A stretch of DNA of 63,550 nt, counting the filler, from Octopus bimaculoides (Eukaryota): the NCBI RefSeq assembly GCF_001194135.2. It is 5 parts of 5 records of this genome, joined end to end, with 100 filler letters (N's around TTAATTAATTAA, not from the genome) between each part and the next. Parts side by side here need not be neighbours in the genome. Positions count along the whole stretch, not along the records: positions 35,588 to 43,690 come from NC_068986.1; positions 43,791 to 57,820 come from NC_068983.1; 3 more parts are not named here. One strand, given 5' to 3'. Below, piece after piece: positions 38,372-52,177 of this stretch (positions are counted from its first letter, which is position 1; the number at the start of each line of letters is the position of its first letter). Below the pieces are notes generated by a model. The model was not told the origin of the DNA. It did no database searches and saw only the letters and a program-made list of their open reading frames with translations. The translations under genes were made by a program, and so were the position numbers.

Positions 38372-39715
38372 TTCTTGTAAGTTTTAGCACTCAATTTACT
38401 GCTGGCAGAGTTAGATATAGAGAGGAGCAGCCGGCTCGAATTGGGACACACTGAAGAGGAATGTCAGTGGTCAATATACAGACAGTGTAACCATGAGTAT
38501 GAGCGAAGTATAAAAAAAATCTAGGGATTTCAACTCCATACCGGACGAATGCAAGTAACGACAATTATCAGTAAAGAAAAGCGGTATTAACAGCAATACA
38601 TTGGTGGGCTGGTAAATAGAGAAGCAAACGAATGCAGGACAATAGCTTCTGTCTTTAGACTGAAGGTCCGGTTAAGATGCTTATGGCTCCAGTTCGGTCT
38701 CATGTTCCCAGGGAGATAAAAAAAAAACTGGGAAGAAATCGCCAGCAGATCCTAACAGCTGATAGCTCAATGAAATATCAGTTATTAGGAAGCTGTTCAT
38801 GAAAGGTCGAGTGGAAGTGGTTAACGCTTAGATCGTTTTGGTACTCTATTATCACCTGAATGCCGTGCAATGGTAGAATCGTTAGAGCATTGGAAAACAA
38901 TGAGTTTTGATATTTGTTCTGCTTCTTTAATTTCTGAGTTCAAATTCAGCCAAGTTCAATTTTGCTCTTTATCCTTTCGGGATGGAAAAAATAAAAATAA
39001 AATAAGGCAGCAGTAAAATACTGGGAATAAAGTTTGACATCTCACTTCATCTCAAAATTGCTGACCTTGTTCCGAAATTAGCAAGAATTATTATAACTGT
39101 TTGAGCAGGAGATTGGTAGAATTTTTAGAACGTCAGAAAATGATTTCGCGGTACATCTTCCAGCACTTTTCATTCTGAATTCAAATCCTGCTGAGGTCAC
39201 CTTTGTCTTTCATCCTTTCGGGGTCGATAAGTTAAAGTACCAGTCAAGTACTGGGATCGATGGTATAGAAGAGTTCACTTCCCTCAACGCTGCTTATATT
39301 AAACCGAAAATCGAAAAATTATTTTTATTATTATTAAAAATTGCTATCGTTGAAAAAGAATTCATAGTCATTAATATTTGCGTTGAACGGATGTTTGTAT
39401 CAGGGCTTCGTGAAGAATTGTCTTGAAACAAGTTTTATATAATGGAAGAAAACATTTTTGTTTTTCATTGTTTTTAAACAAGGGGGCTTCAAAATTTCTG
39501 AGGTTTCATCGCATGATTTTAGAACAAAAATATAACTTGGTTTTCGTAGTAAATACCTTTTTGTATTTTTACAAAGTTTTGTTTACGTGTGACTCTATAG
39601 AACTTCTGATGAGGGGAGCGGAAAAAGGCGCTAGTCGTGGACGTGGTAGCGACAGACGCGTCCTCAGAGAAAAGTTTGATAACAACCAAGCAAACACACA
39701 TACATATAAATATGT

Positions 39716-39817
39716 GTGCGTGAGTATGTGTGTATTCGGAGTATTCGAGCGGTTCCAATCAGTGCTGTTTTCTGCAAGCGCTCCATCCTTATTGCAGCCC
39801 CTATTTGTTCAACGTAC

Positions 39818-39887
<70 letters not shown>

Positions 39888-40130
39888 GGCAGCGAGCTAG
39901 CAGAATTGTTAGCCCGCTGGACGAAATGCATAGTGGTAATTCCAATCTCATTCAGTCTTTTAGATCGCATTTTATGTGTCGTGTCAAGTGTAGTCGGTCC
40001 TGCAGGAATAAATTTCGTCGTAGTCTTCCATAGTCTCCTCAGCTCTCTGGTTAGATCCCGATGTTTCTCCGTAATTGCTGACTCCCTCTTCTCTTGTATG
40101 TAACCTTCTCTATCAACACTGTCATCCATG
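39716..40130 (-). mobile_element. Two R4/Dong-like fragments around a (TAT)n array
   Basis: ERLQKTALIGTARILR and EKHRDLTRELRRLWKTTTKFIP. Confidence 0.75.
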
Positions 40131-40440
40131 ACGGTCGCATATAGCAGTGTGTCCTTGGTAGATTTTGGACCCAGACACTCTTGGACGCATCTGGTCCGAA
40201 GAGCTTTCCAGATTGGTATTTTTTTTTGTCATCTCTTTTACTTTCTTATCCTTGTTTTTATATTTTCTTCTGTCACTCCAAATTCCATTTCTGTTTTAAA
40301 TCCATGCCTGTCTGCTTTTACATTATGTTGGACTTTTTTGCTCCAGATTTCTGCCCAGAATTTTCTTGCTGCTTCAGCAACTGGCATATTATTTGTTTGA
40401 TGCTCCTCTTCATTGTTCTTTGTATATAGAATTTCCTTTC

Positions 40441-40523
<83 letters not shown>

Positions 40524-42169
40524 CGAATTCGTTAGNNNNNNNNNNNNNNNNNNNNNNNNNNNNNNNNNNNNNNNNNAAAAAAAAAAAAAAAAAAAAGAAA
40601 ACCAACAAAAAACCCAATCCACATCGCCTTAACATTTCCTCCATCCGGCATCAATAACACAAGTACAAATCAAATACGGGGTTCGATTAAATCGATTATA
40701 CTCTCTCACTAACTGTGCAGGTCTTTTTTTTTAAATTCCTGTTCTAGAAACCCTCATTATCGTTTATATTACTATTGTCGTTGATCTAATTATTGTCGTT
40801 GTTGTCATTATAAATATTATTGTTTTTGCTAATGATGCTTTATTCGTGAGCCAGTCATTTTGTTTTCTAATGACATTGCTACTGGAACACAAATTAATGA
40901 ATTTCTTTTTTTTTTTCCTTCTCTGGCAAAATGAGGTTGAAAAAAAAATCGAAGAGAAGAGAACGTTTTATATTTCTTATTGCTTGAATTTAATTCTTAA
41001 GCACTCACATTTTTTCTACCGCCATTTTGAATGTTTTATATTTTCACAAGCGTATCTATAAATAAATAAATGTACATGATTACAAACACACATCCACGCC
41101 CACACACACATACATACAGGATCATAAGAAATTTTTATAACTTTAGTTCTGTTTATAATAAAATTAATAGGTAAAGAATTCTTAGAATGTCGATGCATTT
41201 GTTTTATCGCCGGCAATTAGTAAATTATTATAACTGCTTATTAATTTAAAACAATAATTGTTACTTGAACTTTAATTATGGGAACATGAAAAAACTGTTT
41301 ATTTAACTAACTCGCGTTGTATGAATAATTTGCAAGCCACGGTAAGTAATATAGCCGGATCGTGTACGAGGGAATGAACAAACATCGTTTACTGATGTCT
41401 TATAATAAAACTTTTTTCGTCTTTGCTTTGCATTCAAGAAACTCCTTTTAAGAATATGAATCAACTTTTCTTTGAACTCTATTTTGATTGTCTCTACTGG
41501 TAATATTCCGTCCATTACAGCCTCTCGGATAGTTGGGTTTCCGGTAACTAAAACCGCCAAACCCGACAAAACATCTCGTAATATTTAGTTACGCTATGGT
41601 AGCGAGTTGGCACATTCGCTAGCACGTCGGGGAAAATGCTTAGCGGCGTTTCGTCGGTCGCTACCTTATGAGTTCAACTTTGGCTTTCATCTTTCTGGAT
41701 TGATAAAATAAATACCATCTGACCACTGGAGTCAATGTAATCGACTTAATCCCCCACCTCCCAGAAATTGCTAGCCTTGTATCGAGATTTGAAACCAATA
41801 TTTAGTAACGTACTTTTAATTCTGGATCAAAACTTTGTCAAAATGAGAGACCTCGCCTCTTATTCTTCGATAAAATAACGTCCTGCCAAGTACTGAGGTT
41901 GACCGATAAAATGAAATACCGGTCAAGTAATAGATCGATTTAATCAAATGATTCTTATTCCTTCAGGAATCATCTTTTACTTTGTGCTTATGTAGAAAAC
42001 CAATATTATAATTTGCTTCAGTGTCTCCGAAAAGACAAAAACGCGTAGAAATAAAACGTTTGTTATATGCTGTTCATTAACAGTGATTCAGCTGTCATTG
42101 CGTAGATTTAAGATCTCTAACATATTCTAGCTACGATTATCCCATCTTTTATATGTATTTAGGTTTCAG

Positions 42170-42330
42170 ACAGAGGGAATCTCGGATCACATTACTATGG
42201 ACGATTTAGAAGAGATTTGACTGCGGTTTCTAGAAGGACAAGTGATTGCTAGGTTCCTCTCTGTGACTTGTTTGTTCAATGTGTCTTTAATAAGCAGGCA
42301 TCTGCAGGAGGTAAGAAGGAAAGAGCGAGT
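42170..42330 (+). mobile_element. Decayed mariner HTH remnant
   Basis: ITMDDLEEI...LFNVSLISRHLQE resembles mariner LNVSHTTISRHL. Confidence 0.35.
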
Positions 42331-42698
42331 AAATGAACTGTGTGTGTGTGTGTGTTTATAGTTTTCATTTCTTGCACATGTACTTCCTGCTTGCATGCAT
42401 CTACGTTACGTGTGTCCATACACATACTCTCACACATGTTTGTTCATATATATATATATACATACACATACATATATACATACATATATATACATACACA
42501 TACATATATACATATATATATACATACATATATACATACATACACATACACATATATACATACACATATATACATACACATATATACATACATATATACA
42601 TACACATACACATACACATATATACATACACATATATACATACACATATATACATACACATGTACGTACGATATATGTGCGTAAATCTCTCTCTCCCT

Positions 42699-42730
<32 letters not shown>

Positions 42731-43027
42731 CCCTCTCTCTCCCTCTCTCTCTCTCTCCATATATATATACATACACATATGCATATATAGCCATGCATAT
42801 ATTGCATTTGTATCTGCGTTGATTATAATATACCCATGATTACCTAAATTCATTAGAATGGATTATATACATACCTTCATACACACACATACATATATAT
42901 ATGTATGAATATATATATGTGTATATATATATATACACATGTATATGTATATATATATATATATATATGTATGTATATACATATATATATATATATATAT
43001 ATACAAACATGTGTATGNNNNNNNNNN

Positions 43028-43088
<61 letters not shown>

Positions 43089-43639
43089 ATATATGTGTGT
43101 GTGCGTGTAATATGTATACAGTGTTTACAGATGCATATATTTTGATTAATTGATGTAGTCGAGCAATTTGTGTTTGCGTAAATTATTGAATATTCATGTA
43201 AGTATACTTTTGTGACTGGGTGTATATGCACATGTGATTAACTGTGTATGGATTTTACAAGTGTCTGTTTAGAGTTGTGTATACACGTTATAGTCTCATT
43301 TATATGCCCCCAATCATGTATGCGTAGAATATAATTTGAATATTTTGTAAGTCTGCTTATACATGTATGTGTGTGCATCTGTGTGAATGTCTGTGTGGGT
43401 TCAGTGTGTATATATATGCATATGAATTGATATGTAAATGCATGTGTACATGTATGGGTTTACACAGGCTCGTATATGCATATACCTATATCATATATTT
43501 ATTTGTGTGTATATGTATATATATTCTTTTTCCTTTTATTCTTTTGTTTCAGTCATTTAACTGCGGCCATGATGGAGCACCGACTTTAGTCGAAAACTAC
43601 ACACATATATATATATATATATATGCATGTATGTATAAG

Positions 43640-43690
<51 letters not shown>

Positions 43691-43790
43691 NNNNNNNNNN
43701 NNNNNNNNNNNNNNNNNNNNNNNNNNNNNNNNNNTTAATTAATTAANNNNNNNNNNNNNNNNNNNNNNNNNNNNNNNNNNNNNNNNNNNN

Positions 43791-43859
<69 letters not shown>

Positions 43860-43862
<3 letters not shown>

Positions 43863-44200
43863 GTTTGACATTTTGTTTGTACTTGGACAAGTTGATTCCA
43901 ATTCTCACCCAGAGACCTCCACAGACGACAAGTTAGAAGTTCAAGTTGTCGCTATTACTAGGGCGCCATACTTTTGGTTTTGCAAAGTATTGTTCTAGAG
44001 AATGTCTGTGAAAGCATAAGAAAATTTGAAGTTTGTTTTAAAAGTAATTTGATTATGAGAGGATAGTGTGATATTTAGATGGCAGTAGAAGGTTTTTTCT
44101 ATCATGTACATTTAAAAGTATTTTGACACTGTTTACAGATCAAAATGTCTTGGAGATTAGATAGACAATATTTTACTTAGGATATGAGCAGTTCCCATGA
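43860..44200 (-). mobile_element. R4/Dong subfamily B, 3' end and UTR
   Basis: MGTAHILSKILSI*; UTR is the reverse complement of 45620-45710; abuts (TAT)n. Confidence 0.75.
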
Positions 44201-44267
44201 ATGCTCACAGCCCTCTATCAGTTGGGCAATGGGGTCGGTGGATGTTTTGTTTTAGAAATTTATAGAG

Positions 44268-44310
44268 GACTAGCAGAGATACCCGGCGTTGCTCAGGATT
44301 AAAACGGTAT
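44268..44310 (-). mobile_element. Helitron 3' end fragment
   Basis: Same hairpin plus CTAG|T terminus as 63363-63450. Confidence 0.55.
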
Positions 44311-44339
44311 AGTTTGTATATATATATATATTACAGTTA

Positions 44340-44830
44340 TTATTTTTCGAGCACCGTCCGCAGTATTCGAGCGGTTCCAATCAGTGCTGTTTTCTGCAAG
44401 TGCTCCACCCTTATTGCAGCTTCTATTTGTTCCATGTACTTCTCAACATTTTTGCTCACTGTTCCAATGGCTCCGACAATTATTAATATTACTGTCACCA
44501 TTTTCAGCGACCACAACTGCTGAACCTCCCAAAGTAGCCTGTCATATCTATCGACTTTTCTTTCCTCATTATCGCATACCTTGTTGTCAGCTAAGCGTGC
44601 TATATCTATGATCCAGCATCGTTTGCTTTCTTTCTCAATTAACACAAGATCTGGCTTCCTATTCTCTATCTCATGGCCGCACTGAATCATAACATTCCAT
44701 GGGATCTTCGCATTATCATTTTCGATGATGTCTTCGGGTTTATGTTCGAACAACTCTTTTGCTCTATCAAGTCCATATTTGTTTCAAAATGTCCAATGGA
44801 CAATCCTTGCTATATTGTCATGACGTCTCT
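44340..44830 (-). mobile_element. R4/Dong subfamily A, restriction-like endonuclease domain
   Basis: NRKPDLVLIEKESKRCWIIDIA...KVDRY...IIVGAIG...QKTALIGTARILR (PD..D nuclease). Confidence 0.9.
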
Positions 44831-44899
44831 TACATTAACTCTGGGCTATCAATTCTATTCAAAAATATAGCTGCTCTTCGGGTTTAAATAAAATAATAT

Positions 44900-45709
44900 G
44901 ATAAAAACTGGTGGGAACACAAACCACCCCCAGTACTTGAAAATGATCACATTGCACTCCTCTGAACTTGACCATTCAAACTGACAGAAAGAGAGACGCA
45001 AATAGGCCAGACATCATACTGAAAGACTTCAGACAAAAATCATCCCTCCTCATTGATATGACTGTCCCAATCGATATAAACGTATCTGTCAAGACCTACC
45101 AAAAACTGAGCAAATATAAAGATCTTGAAATAGAAATTAGCAAAATGTGGAAACTGAAGACGAAAACAATACCTATTGTCATAGGTGCCCTGGGAATGAC
45201 AGCGAAACGGGCTGATTACTACCTAGCTCAGACACCAGGAAACCCCAAAATGGCTGAAGTTCAAAAGATAGTGCTCATGAGAANNNNNNNNNNNNNNNNN
45301 NNNNNNNNNNNNNNNNNNNNNNNNNNNNNNNNNNNNNNNNNNNNNNNNNNNNNNNNNNNNNNNNNNNNNNNNNNNNNNNNNNNNNNNNNNNNNNNNNNNN
45401 NNNNNNNNNNNNNNNNNNNNNNNNNNNNNNNNNNNNNNNNNNNNNNNNNNNNNNNNNNNNNNNNNNNNNNNNNNNNNNNNNNNNNNNNNNNNNNNNNNNN
45501 NNNNNNNNNNNNNNNNNNNNNNNNNNNNNNNNNNNNNNNNNNNNNNNNNNNNNNNNNNNNNAACATTCACTTGAACAAAACTGTACAAATCCAAATATAT
45601 GGTACCCTAGGCATAACACCTACATGAACTTCTAACTTGTTGTCTCTTGAGGTCTCTGGGTGAGACTTGGATCCAACTTGTACAAATGCAAAACAAAAGT
45701 CAAACATAA

Positions 45710-45710
<1 letters not shown>
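44900..45710 (+). mobile_element. R4/Dong subfamily B, restriction-like endonuclease domain and 3' UTR
   Basis: ANRPDIILKD...LLIDMTVP...KLSKYKDLEIEISKMWKLKTKTIPIVIGALG; ends in (AAT)n. Confidence 0.9.
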
Positions 45711-45785
<75 letters not shown>

Positions 45786-46334
45786 TGAATGTATATATAT
45801 CGACTAACAATAAATATCAAATGAATTTATATAAAAATACTTATTTTACCAATAAATAAAAGCAAAACATTTAACAATATTACTGAAAATAAATGCAATA
45901 CTTACTTATCGAAGCTTTAGTTTAAACTAAAACTTTAAACGTTATACTATTAACTTAGCGTTTATTAGAATTAAGTCACGTGAAAATATGGCGCAAATAA
46001 AAGTAATACAATAAAGAGATGTATAAAACATTAATGAAAGTTTTATTTATAAAGTCAAAATGTATTTTAGCTTTAATCATAATTTTTGACTAGAATTGAT
46101 TTTCGATCGATTTATCGATTTGAATCGATTTGATTTTTATTTTATTTTCTATTTGAAAACGTGGTTTTGAAACACGTGTAGTCGTTTTATTATTTTAATA
46201 TTTATTACTTTGTGTTTTTATTATAGTTCTTTTTAGTGTATTTACTTATAAAATTTTTCTATATGTGACTGTGGATTTTCATGGATGAATTCAATAATTG
46301 TGTTTTATTCTCTAAATTATATATAGATATATAT

Positions 46335-46555
46335 ATGTGTGTGTGTGTGTGTGTAAAGGCGAATGGCTTACGAGCTTACGATCGTTAAGTTGTGAGTTCG
46401 ATTCCCGGCCAAGCTGCATGTTGTGTTCTTGAGCAAGACACCCTATTTCACGTTGCTCCAGTTAACTTAGCTGTAGAAATGAGCTGCGACGTCACTGGTG
46501 CCAAGCTGTATCGGCCTTTGCCTTTCCCTTGGATAACATCAGTAGTGTGGAGAGT
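46335..46555 (+). mobile_element. CORE-like tRNA SINE
   Basis: Box B-like GTTCGATTCCC followed by TTGAGCAAGACAC...CAGTTAACTTAGCTGTAGAAATG. Confidence 0.6.
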
Positions 46556-49210
46556 ATATGTATAATCCGATTTAAAGCTAACTCAGGCTAGAATAGAACC
46601 CATATGTCATCGCTAACATGGCTCCTTGCGCATCCGATTGAGCCAATATGTATACATATATATANNNNNNNNNNNNNNNNNNNNNNNNNNNNNNNNNNNN
46701 NNNNNNNNNNNNNNNNNNNNNNNNNNNNNNNNNNNNNNNNNNNNNNNNNNNNNNNNNNNNNNNNNNNNNNNNNNNNNNNNNNNNNNNNNNNNNNNNNNNN
46801 NNNNNNNNNNNNNNNNNNNNNNNNNNNNNNNNNNNNNNNNNNNNNNNNNNNNNNNNNNNNNNNNNNNNNNNNNNNNNNNNNNNNNNNNNNNNNNNNNNNN
46901 NNNNNNNNNNNNNNNNNNNNNNNNNNNNNNNNNNNNNNNNNNNNNNNNNNNNNNNNNNNNNNNNNNNNNNNNNNNNNNNNNNNNNNNNNNNNNNNNNNNN
47001 NNNNNNNNNNNNNNNNNNNNNNNNNNNNNNNNNNNNNNNNNNNNNNNNNNNNNNNNNNNNNNNNNNNNNNNNNNNNNNNNNNNNNNNNNNNNNNNNNNNN
47101 NNNNNNNNNNNNNNNNNNNNNNNNNNNNNNNNNNNNNNNNNNNNNNNNNNNNNNNNNNNNNNNNNNNNNNNNNNNNNNNNNNNNNNNNNNNNNNNNNNNN
47201 NNNNNNNNNNNNNNNNNNNNNNNNNNNNNNNNNNNNNNNNNNNNNNNNNNNNNNNNNNNNNNNNNNNNNNNNNNNNNNNNNNNNNNNNNNNNNNNNNNNN
47301 NNNNNNNNNNNNNNNNNNNNNNNNNNNNNNNNNNNNNNNNNNNNNNNNNNNNNNNNNNNNNNNNNNNNNNNNNNNNNNNNNNNNNNNNNNNNNNNNNNNN
47401 NNNNNNNNNNNNNNNNNNNNNNNNNNNNNNNNNNNNNNNNNNNNNNNNNNNNNNNNNNNNNNNNNNNNNNNNNNNNNNNNNNNNNNNNNNNNNNNNNNNN
47501 NNNNNNNNNNNNNNNNNNNNNNNNNNNNNNNNNNNNNNNNNNNNNNNNNNNNNNNNNNNNNNTATGTATATATATAGGACAGTTTTAGGACAGTTTTTTT
47601 ACATTGATATTATTCTCCTAGAAGAAAATAATTAAGAAGTTCGTTCAAGACTGCAGGCAAACAGGCTCGGTAAAGAGTTTTTGGAAATACAGCCATAGAG
47701 CGTGAAGAGCATAGCATGACAGTCTTGAATGTTGAGCTTTCTCACCTAAGTGATGAACGTTAAGAATTTATAAATATGATGAAGTGTCAAATTTATTGAG
47801 AATACCTGAATACATGCTATTGTAAAGTGACAGAATAAATCAATACTTATGTTTACACACTCATTTTCCAATAGATTTTCACATTACATTAGGTTCTTTA
47901 TGTGTGTTTTAAGTGTGTTTCATTGTTCTTTGTTGAATTTTGGAACTTGTAGCAAATAATTAAACGAATGTTTTTCAATTGAGCTGTATTGTTGCAACTG
48001 ATTTTTATTGTAATCATTTAGCAATAACAACGGATAGGATAAAGCTCATTGTCTCTTAAATCCACTGATTATTTTTATTCTCCTCTTACTATCGGCATTA
48101 GCAGTAGCAGCAGCAATGACGTAGGCAGAGGTGGTTAGTGTGGGTTTTGGTGGTGGTGGTGGTGGTGGTGATGGTGAGTTGATACTATTGGCATAAATAA
48201 AGACTAGATTCAGCAATGAAGTTTTAGGTCATAACACGAAGAAAATTTACTGTCCAGATCTCAGAACATGGTAATACAGGTTTTGATGATACTGCAAGAG
48301 CATGAAACAATAGCAAAACTGTGTACTGTAGATCGTGCTGAGTGGGAGACCTTAAAGCACAGCATCCAAGGTTTATAACCAAGCTTTTATTAATGCTTTA
48401 GTAAAGAACGTAAGAACGAATAAGGACGTTGCGCTCAGGTAATGATTTTATCAATGAACGGAAAAGATAGTAATAATTCCAAGATGGAATGCAAAAGAGT
48501 AAACATCAATTTCAATTGTGCACGCTGTAAAAGAATAAGACTGTGCGGAACTCAAACGCCGTGCGGTGGTAAAAAGAATAAGACTATACGGAAATCAAGC
48601 ACCGTGCGGTGGAAAAAAGAATAAATCCATAAAATGAGTCACTGTATAAAAATGTTACCTGATACAGCCAGTAAAGTCTTACGCGGTTGGATGAATAGAT
48701 GTAAGCTAAAGGATAAGCGGTATAGGAGTAAGAAAGCGTCCCATGACAGAATCGTGTCTCCTGATTGGATGAATTTAAATAGATAATCAATAAACAATTT
48801 GTAATGTCGAGATAAATGGGGTTGTCTCATACATTAGGAACAAAGTCTAATAAAAGTGTTAGGAAATATCTAAGCGAAATACGGATCTTTGGCAGCGCGT
48901 CGAAAAATTATACTTTACAGTAATGTTTTCTTCCGCCTTTTTTACATTCGAGATTACATCTTGCCGGAGTCAGTTTTGTCTTTTATCCTTTTGTGGATCG
49001 ATAAAATAAAGTACCCGTGAAGCACTTGAGTCGATGATAACGATTAATCCCCTCACCTCAAAATTGTTGGTCTTCTGCCCAGAATCCACCTCCTCCGCCT
49101 CATCATCAATATCGTCATCAACACCATCAGTAGTAGTAGTAGTAGTAGAAGCAGTAGTAGCAGTAGCAGCAGCTGCAGGGATGCTGGTGATTGTGGTGGG
49201 GGGATGTACG

Positions 49211-49268
<58 letters not shown>

Positions 49269-49586
49269 GTATGGTGGGTTATGCAACTTGAAATCAAAGC
49301 CTTTGTTACTTGAAGGACGGTAATAATTAATATCTTTTGCCAACACGAATATTTTTTTTTTTTGCACAACACGCAACACGAGCAAGACAGGAAGAGAGCG
49401 AAAATAACAAGCGGAACTTCGTGGTAAACAGTTTACTTCCCAACCATATGGTTCTGGATTCAGTCTTATTGCATGGTACCTTGGGTGGATGTGTTTCGCA
49501 ATGATCCCCAGGCCGGCCAAAGCGTTGTCCGTCAAATTTGTCAACAGAAACTGAAAGAATCCCGTCGTATACAAATATATGTATAT

Positions 49587-50000
49587 AGGCGCAGGCGTGG
49601 CTGTGTGGTAAGAAGCTTGCTTCTTATCACATGGTTCTGGATTCAGTCCTACCACGTGGTACCTGGGGCAAGTGTATTCTACTATAGCTCCGAACCGGAC
49701 AAAGCTTTGTGAGAGGATTTGGTTGACGGAAACTGAAAGAATCCCGTCGTATGTGTGTGTGTGTGTGTATGTGTGTGTGTGTGTATAAGTTTGTGCCTGT
49801 GTTTGTCCCCCTCCGTTGCTTGACAAACGATGTTGGTGTGTTTACGTCCCCGAAACATAGCGGTTCGGCAAAAGAACCCGATAGCTTGAGCACCAGGCTT
49901 ACAAAAATTAAGTCTTGGGATCGCTTTCCTCGACTAAAAATGGTGGTGCTCCAGTATGGCCGCAGTCAGATGACTGAAACAAGTAAGAGAATAAGAGAAT
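49587..50000 (+). mobile_element. Full bipartite SINE family B (head + internal (GT)n + tail ending GAAACAAGTAAGAGA)
   Basis: Head and tail contiguous here; isolated tails at about 7275-7490, 30990-31190, 31625-31830, 34330-34540, 57921-58115. Confidence 0.8.
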
Positions 50001-50639
50001 CTGTGTGCATATATGTCTTTTAGTTTGCGTTTTGTTTGTCCTCCACCATCATTTTACGACAGGTGTTGGTTTGTTAACATTCCTGTAACTGGTTGGTGAA
50101 AGTGACTGACGGAGTAAGTACCAGACCTCAAAAAAAAAAAAACAAGTACTGGAATCGATTTTGTTTGACTTAAGCTCTCAAAAGCGGTACCCCGGTATAG
50201 CTGCAGTTCAATGGCGGAAACTAGTGGAACGTTAAAAGAGAATAGAGAAATAAACAGAAACTATTTGAACATTAGATAAACAATGAATAAAAGTGTGAAA
50301 ACTAAAAGTATGGAAGAAACGAATAAATAATCTACTGCAATATTTTACAGATTTGTTAGTTCATACTGATCGACTTTTAATTCATTCTAGCTTATTTGTC
50401 GATGGTTTAAGCGGCTTATCTGACTTGCGTAGAAGTAGAAATCATAAATAATTAACAGAGCGAACGAGCGAGCGAGTGAGTGAGTGGGTGAGTGAAGGNN
50501 NNNNNNNNNNNNNNNNNNNNNNNNNNNNNNNNNNNNNNNNNNGAAGGTGAGTGTTTGAAGCGATGATGTCGTGAATGAACAATTGATTGACTGACCTGAA
50601 TGAGTTTATATTGTGGTTTTTGAGTGTCTGGAAGGTGAA

Positions 50640-50700
<61 letters not shown>

Positions 50701-52113
50701 GAAGGAGATACAAAGGGAATGAAAAAGAGAGAGAGAAGTGATTGAAAGTGTGTGCGAAGAATAGAAGACGTAAGAGAAATACAGAAAGCAAGAGAGGGAT
50801 TTGGAAAGCAAACAGAGGACGTTTTAGAAGTATTGTAGAAGTGTGAATGTGTGAAGATATGCAAGCAATGGTGAAGGACAGGACAGAAAAAAACATTGTC
50901 TAAATAAAACAGGAAACTAATAGGATTATATATGAATGCGTGTGTTTGTATATATAGGTGTGTATGTGTGTGTGTATATGTGTACGTGTCTGGAAATACG
51001 CCCGTTTGAGAACGAAGAGCGGACGAACAGAGATAGAAGAAAGTTAATGGTTTAAAGAGAAAGAAGAAGAGTGTAGGAGTTCGAGGTAGATAAACTAACA
51101 ACGATAAATGAAGTAGTTTGGATGCGAAGAAAATATATTGCTTGGAAATAAAAACGTGTGAGTGTATTTAAATATCTGTGTTTATATATATATATATATA
51201 TATATAAATATATATNNNNNNNNNNNNNNNNNNNNNNNNNNNNNNNNNNNNNNNNNNNNNNNNNNNNNNNNNNNNNNNNNNNNNNNNNNNNNNNNNNNNN
51301 NNNNNNNNNNNNNNNNNNNNNNNNNNNNNNNNNNNNNNNNNNNNNNNNNNNNNNNNNNNNNNNNNNNNNNNNNNNNNNNNNNNNNNNNNNNNNNNNNNNN
51401 NNNNNNNNNNNNNNNNNNNNNNNNNNNNNNNNNNNNNNNNNNNNNNNNNNNNNNNNNNNNNNNNNNNNNNNNNNNNNNNNNNNNNNNNNNNNNNNNNNNN
51501 NNNNNNNNNNNNNNNNNNNNNNNNNNNNNNNNNNNNNNNNNNNNNNNNNNNNNNNNNNNNNNNNNNNNNNNNNNNNNNNNNNNNNNNNNNNNNNNNNNNN
51601 NNNNNNNNNNNNNNNNNNNNNNNNNNNNNNNNNNNNNNNNNNNNNNNNNNNNNNNNNNNNNNNNNNNNNNNNNNNNNNNNNNNNNNNNNNNNNNNNNNNN
51701 NNNNNNNNNNNNNNNNNNNNNNNNNNNNNNNNNNNNNNNNNNNNNNNNNNNNNNNNNNNNNNNNNNNNNNNNNNNNNNNNNNNNNNNNNNNNNNNNNNNN
51801 NNNNNNNNNNTATATATATATATATATATATATGATTATACGTGAGTATGTATATGCCTGTATTTGAGAATGGATGTCTGTATACGTGTGCATGTTGAAA
51901 GGAGTAATAAAAAGATTTCAGGGAAAGCTTCTTTCTCTGCCGATAGAATATGGTAAAGGTCAGCTTGAAGTGAAATATATTACAATTGGTCCAATATTGA
52001 TTGATTCATCTAATATTCATTTGTTTGTTTCTTTCTTTCTTTTATTTCTGTTTATCATCATCATCATAATGATCATCAGCATCTACAACAAAAGGACATT
52101 TTTATTGTTGTTA

Positions 52114-52177
<64 letters not shown>

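Noticed and set aside
41303-41569. 88-aa minus ORF and a plus-strand GTAAGT...TTACAG intron-like pair
   Set aside because: No recognisable homology or flanking exon chain
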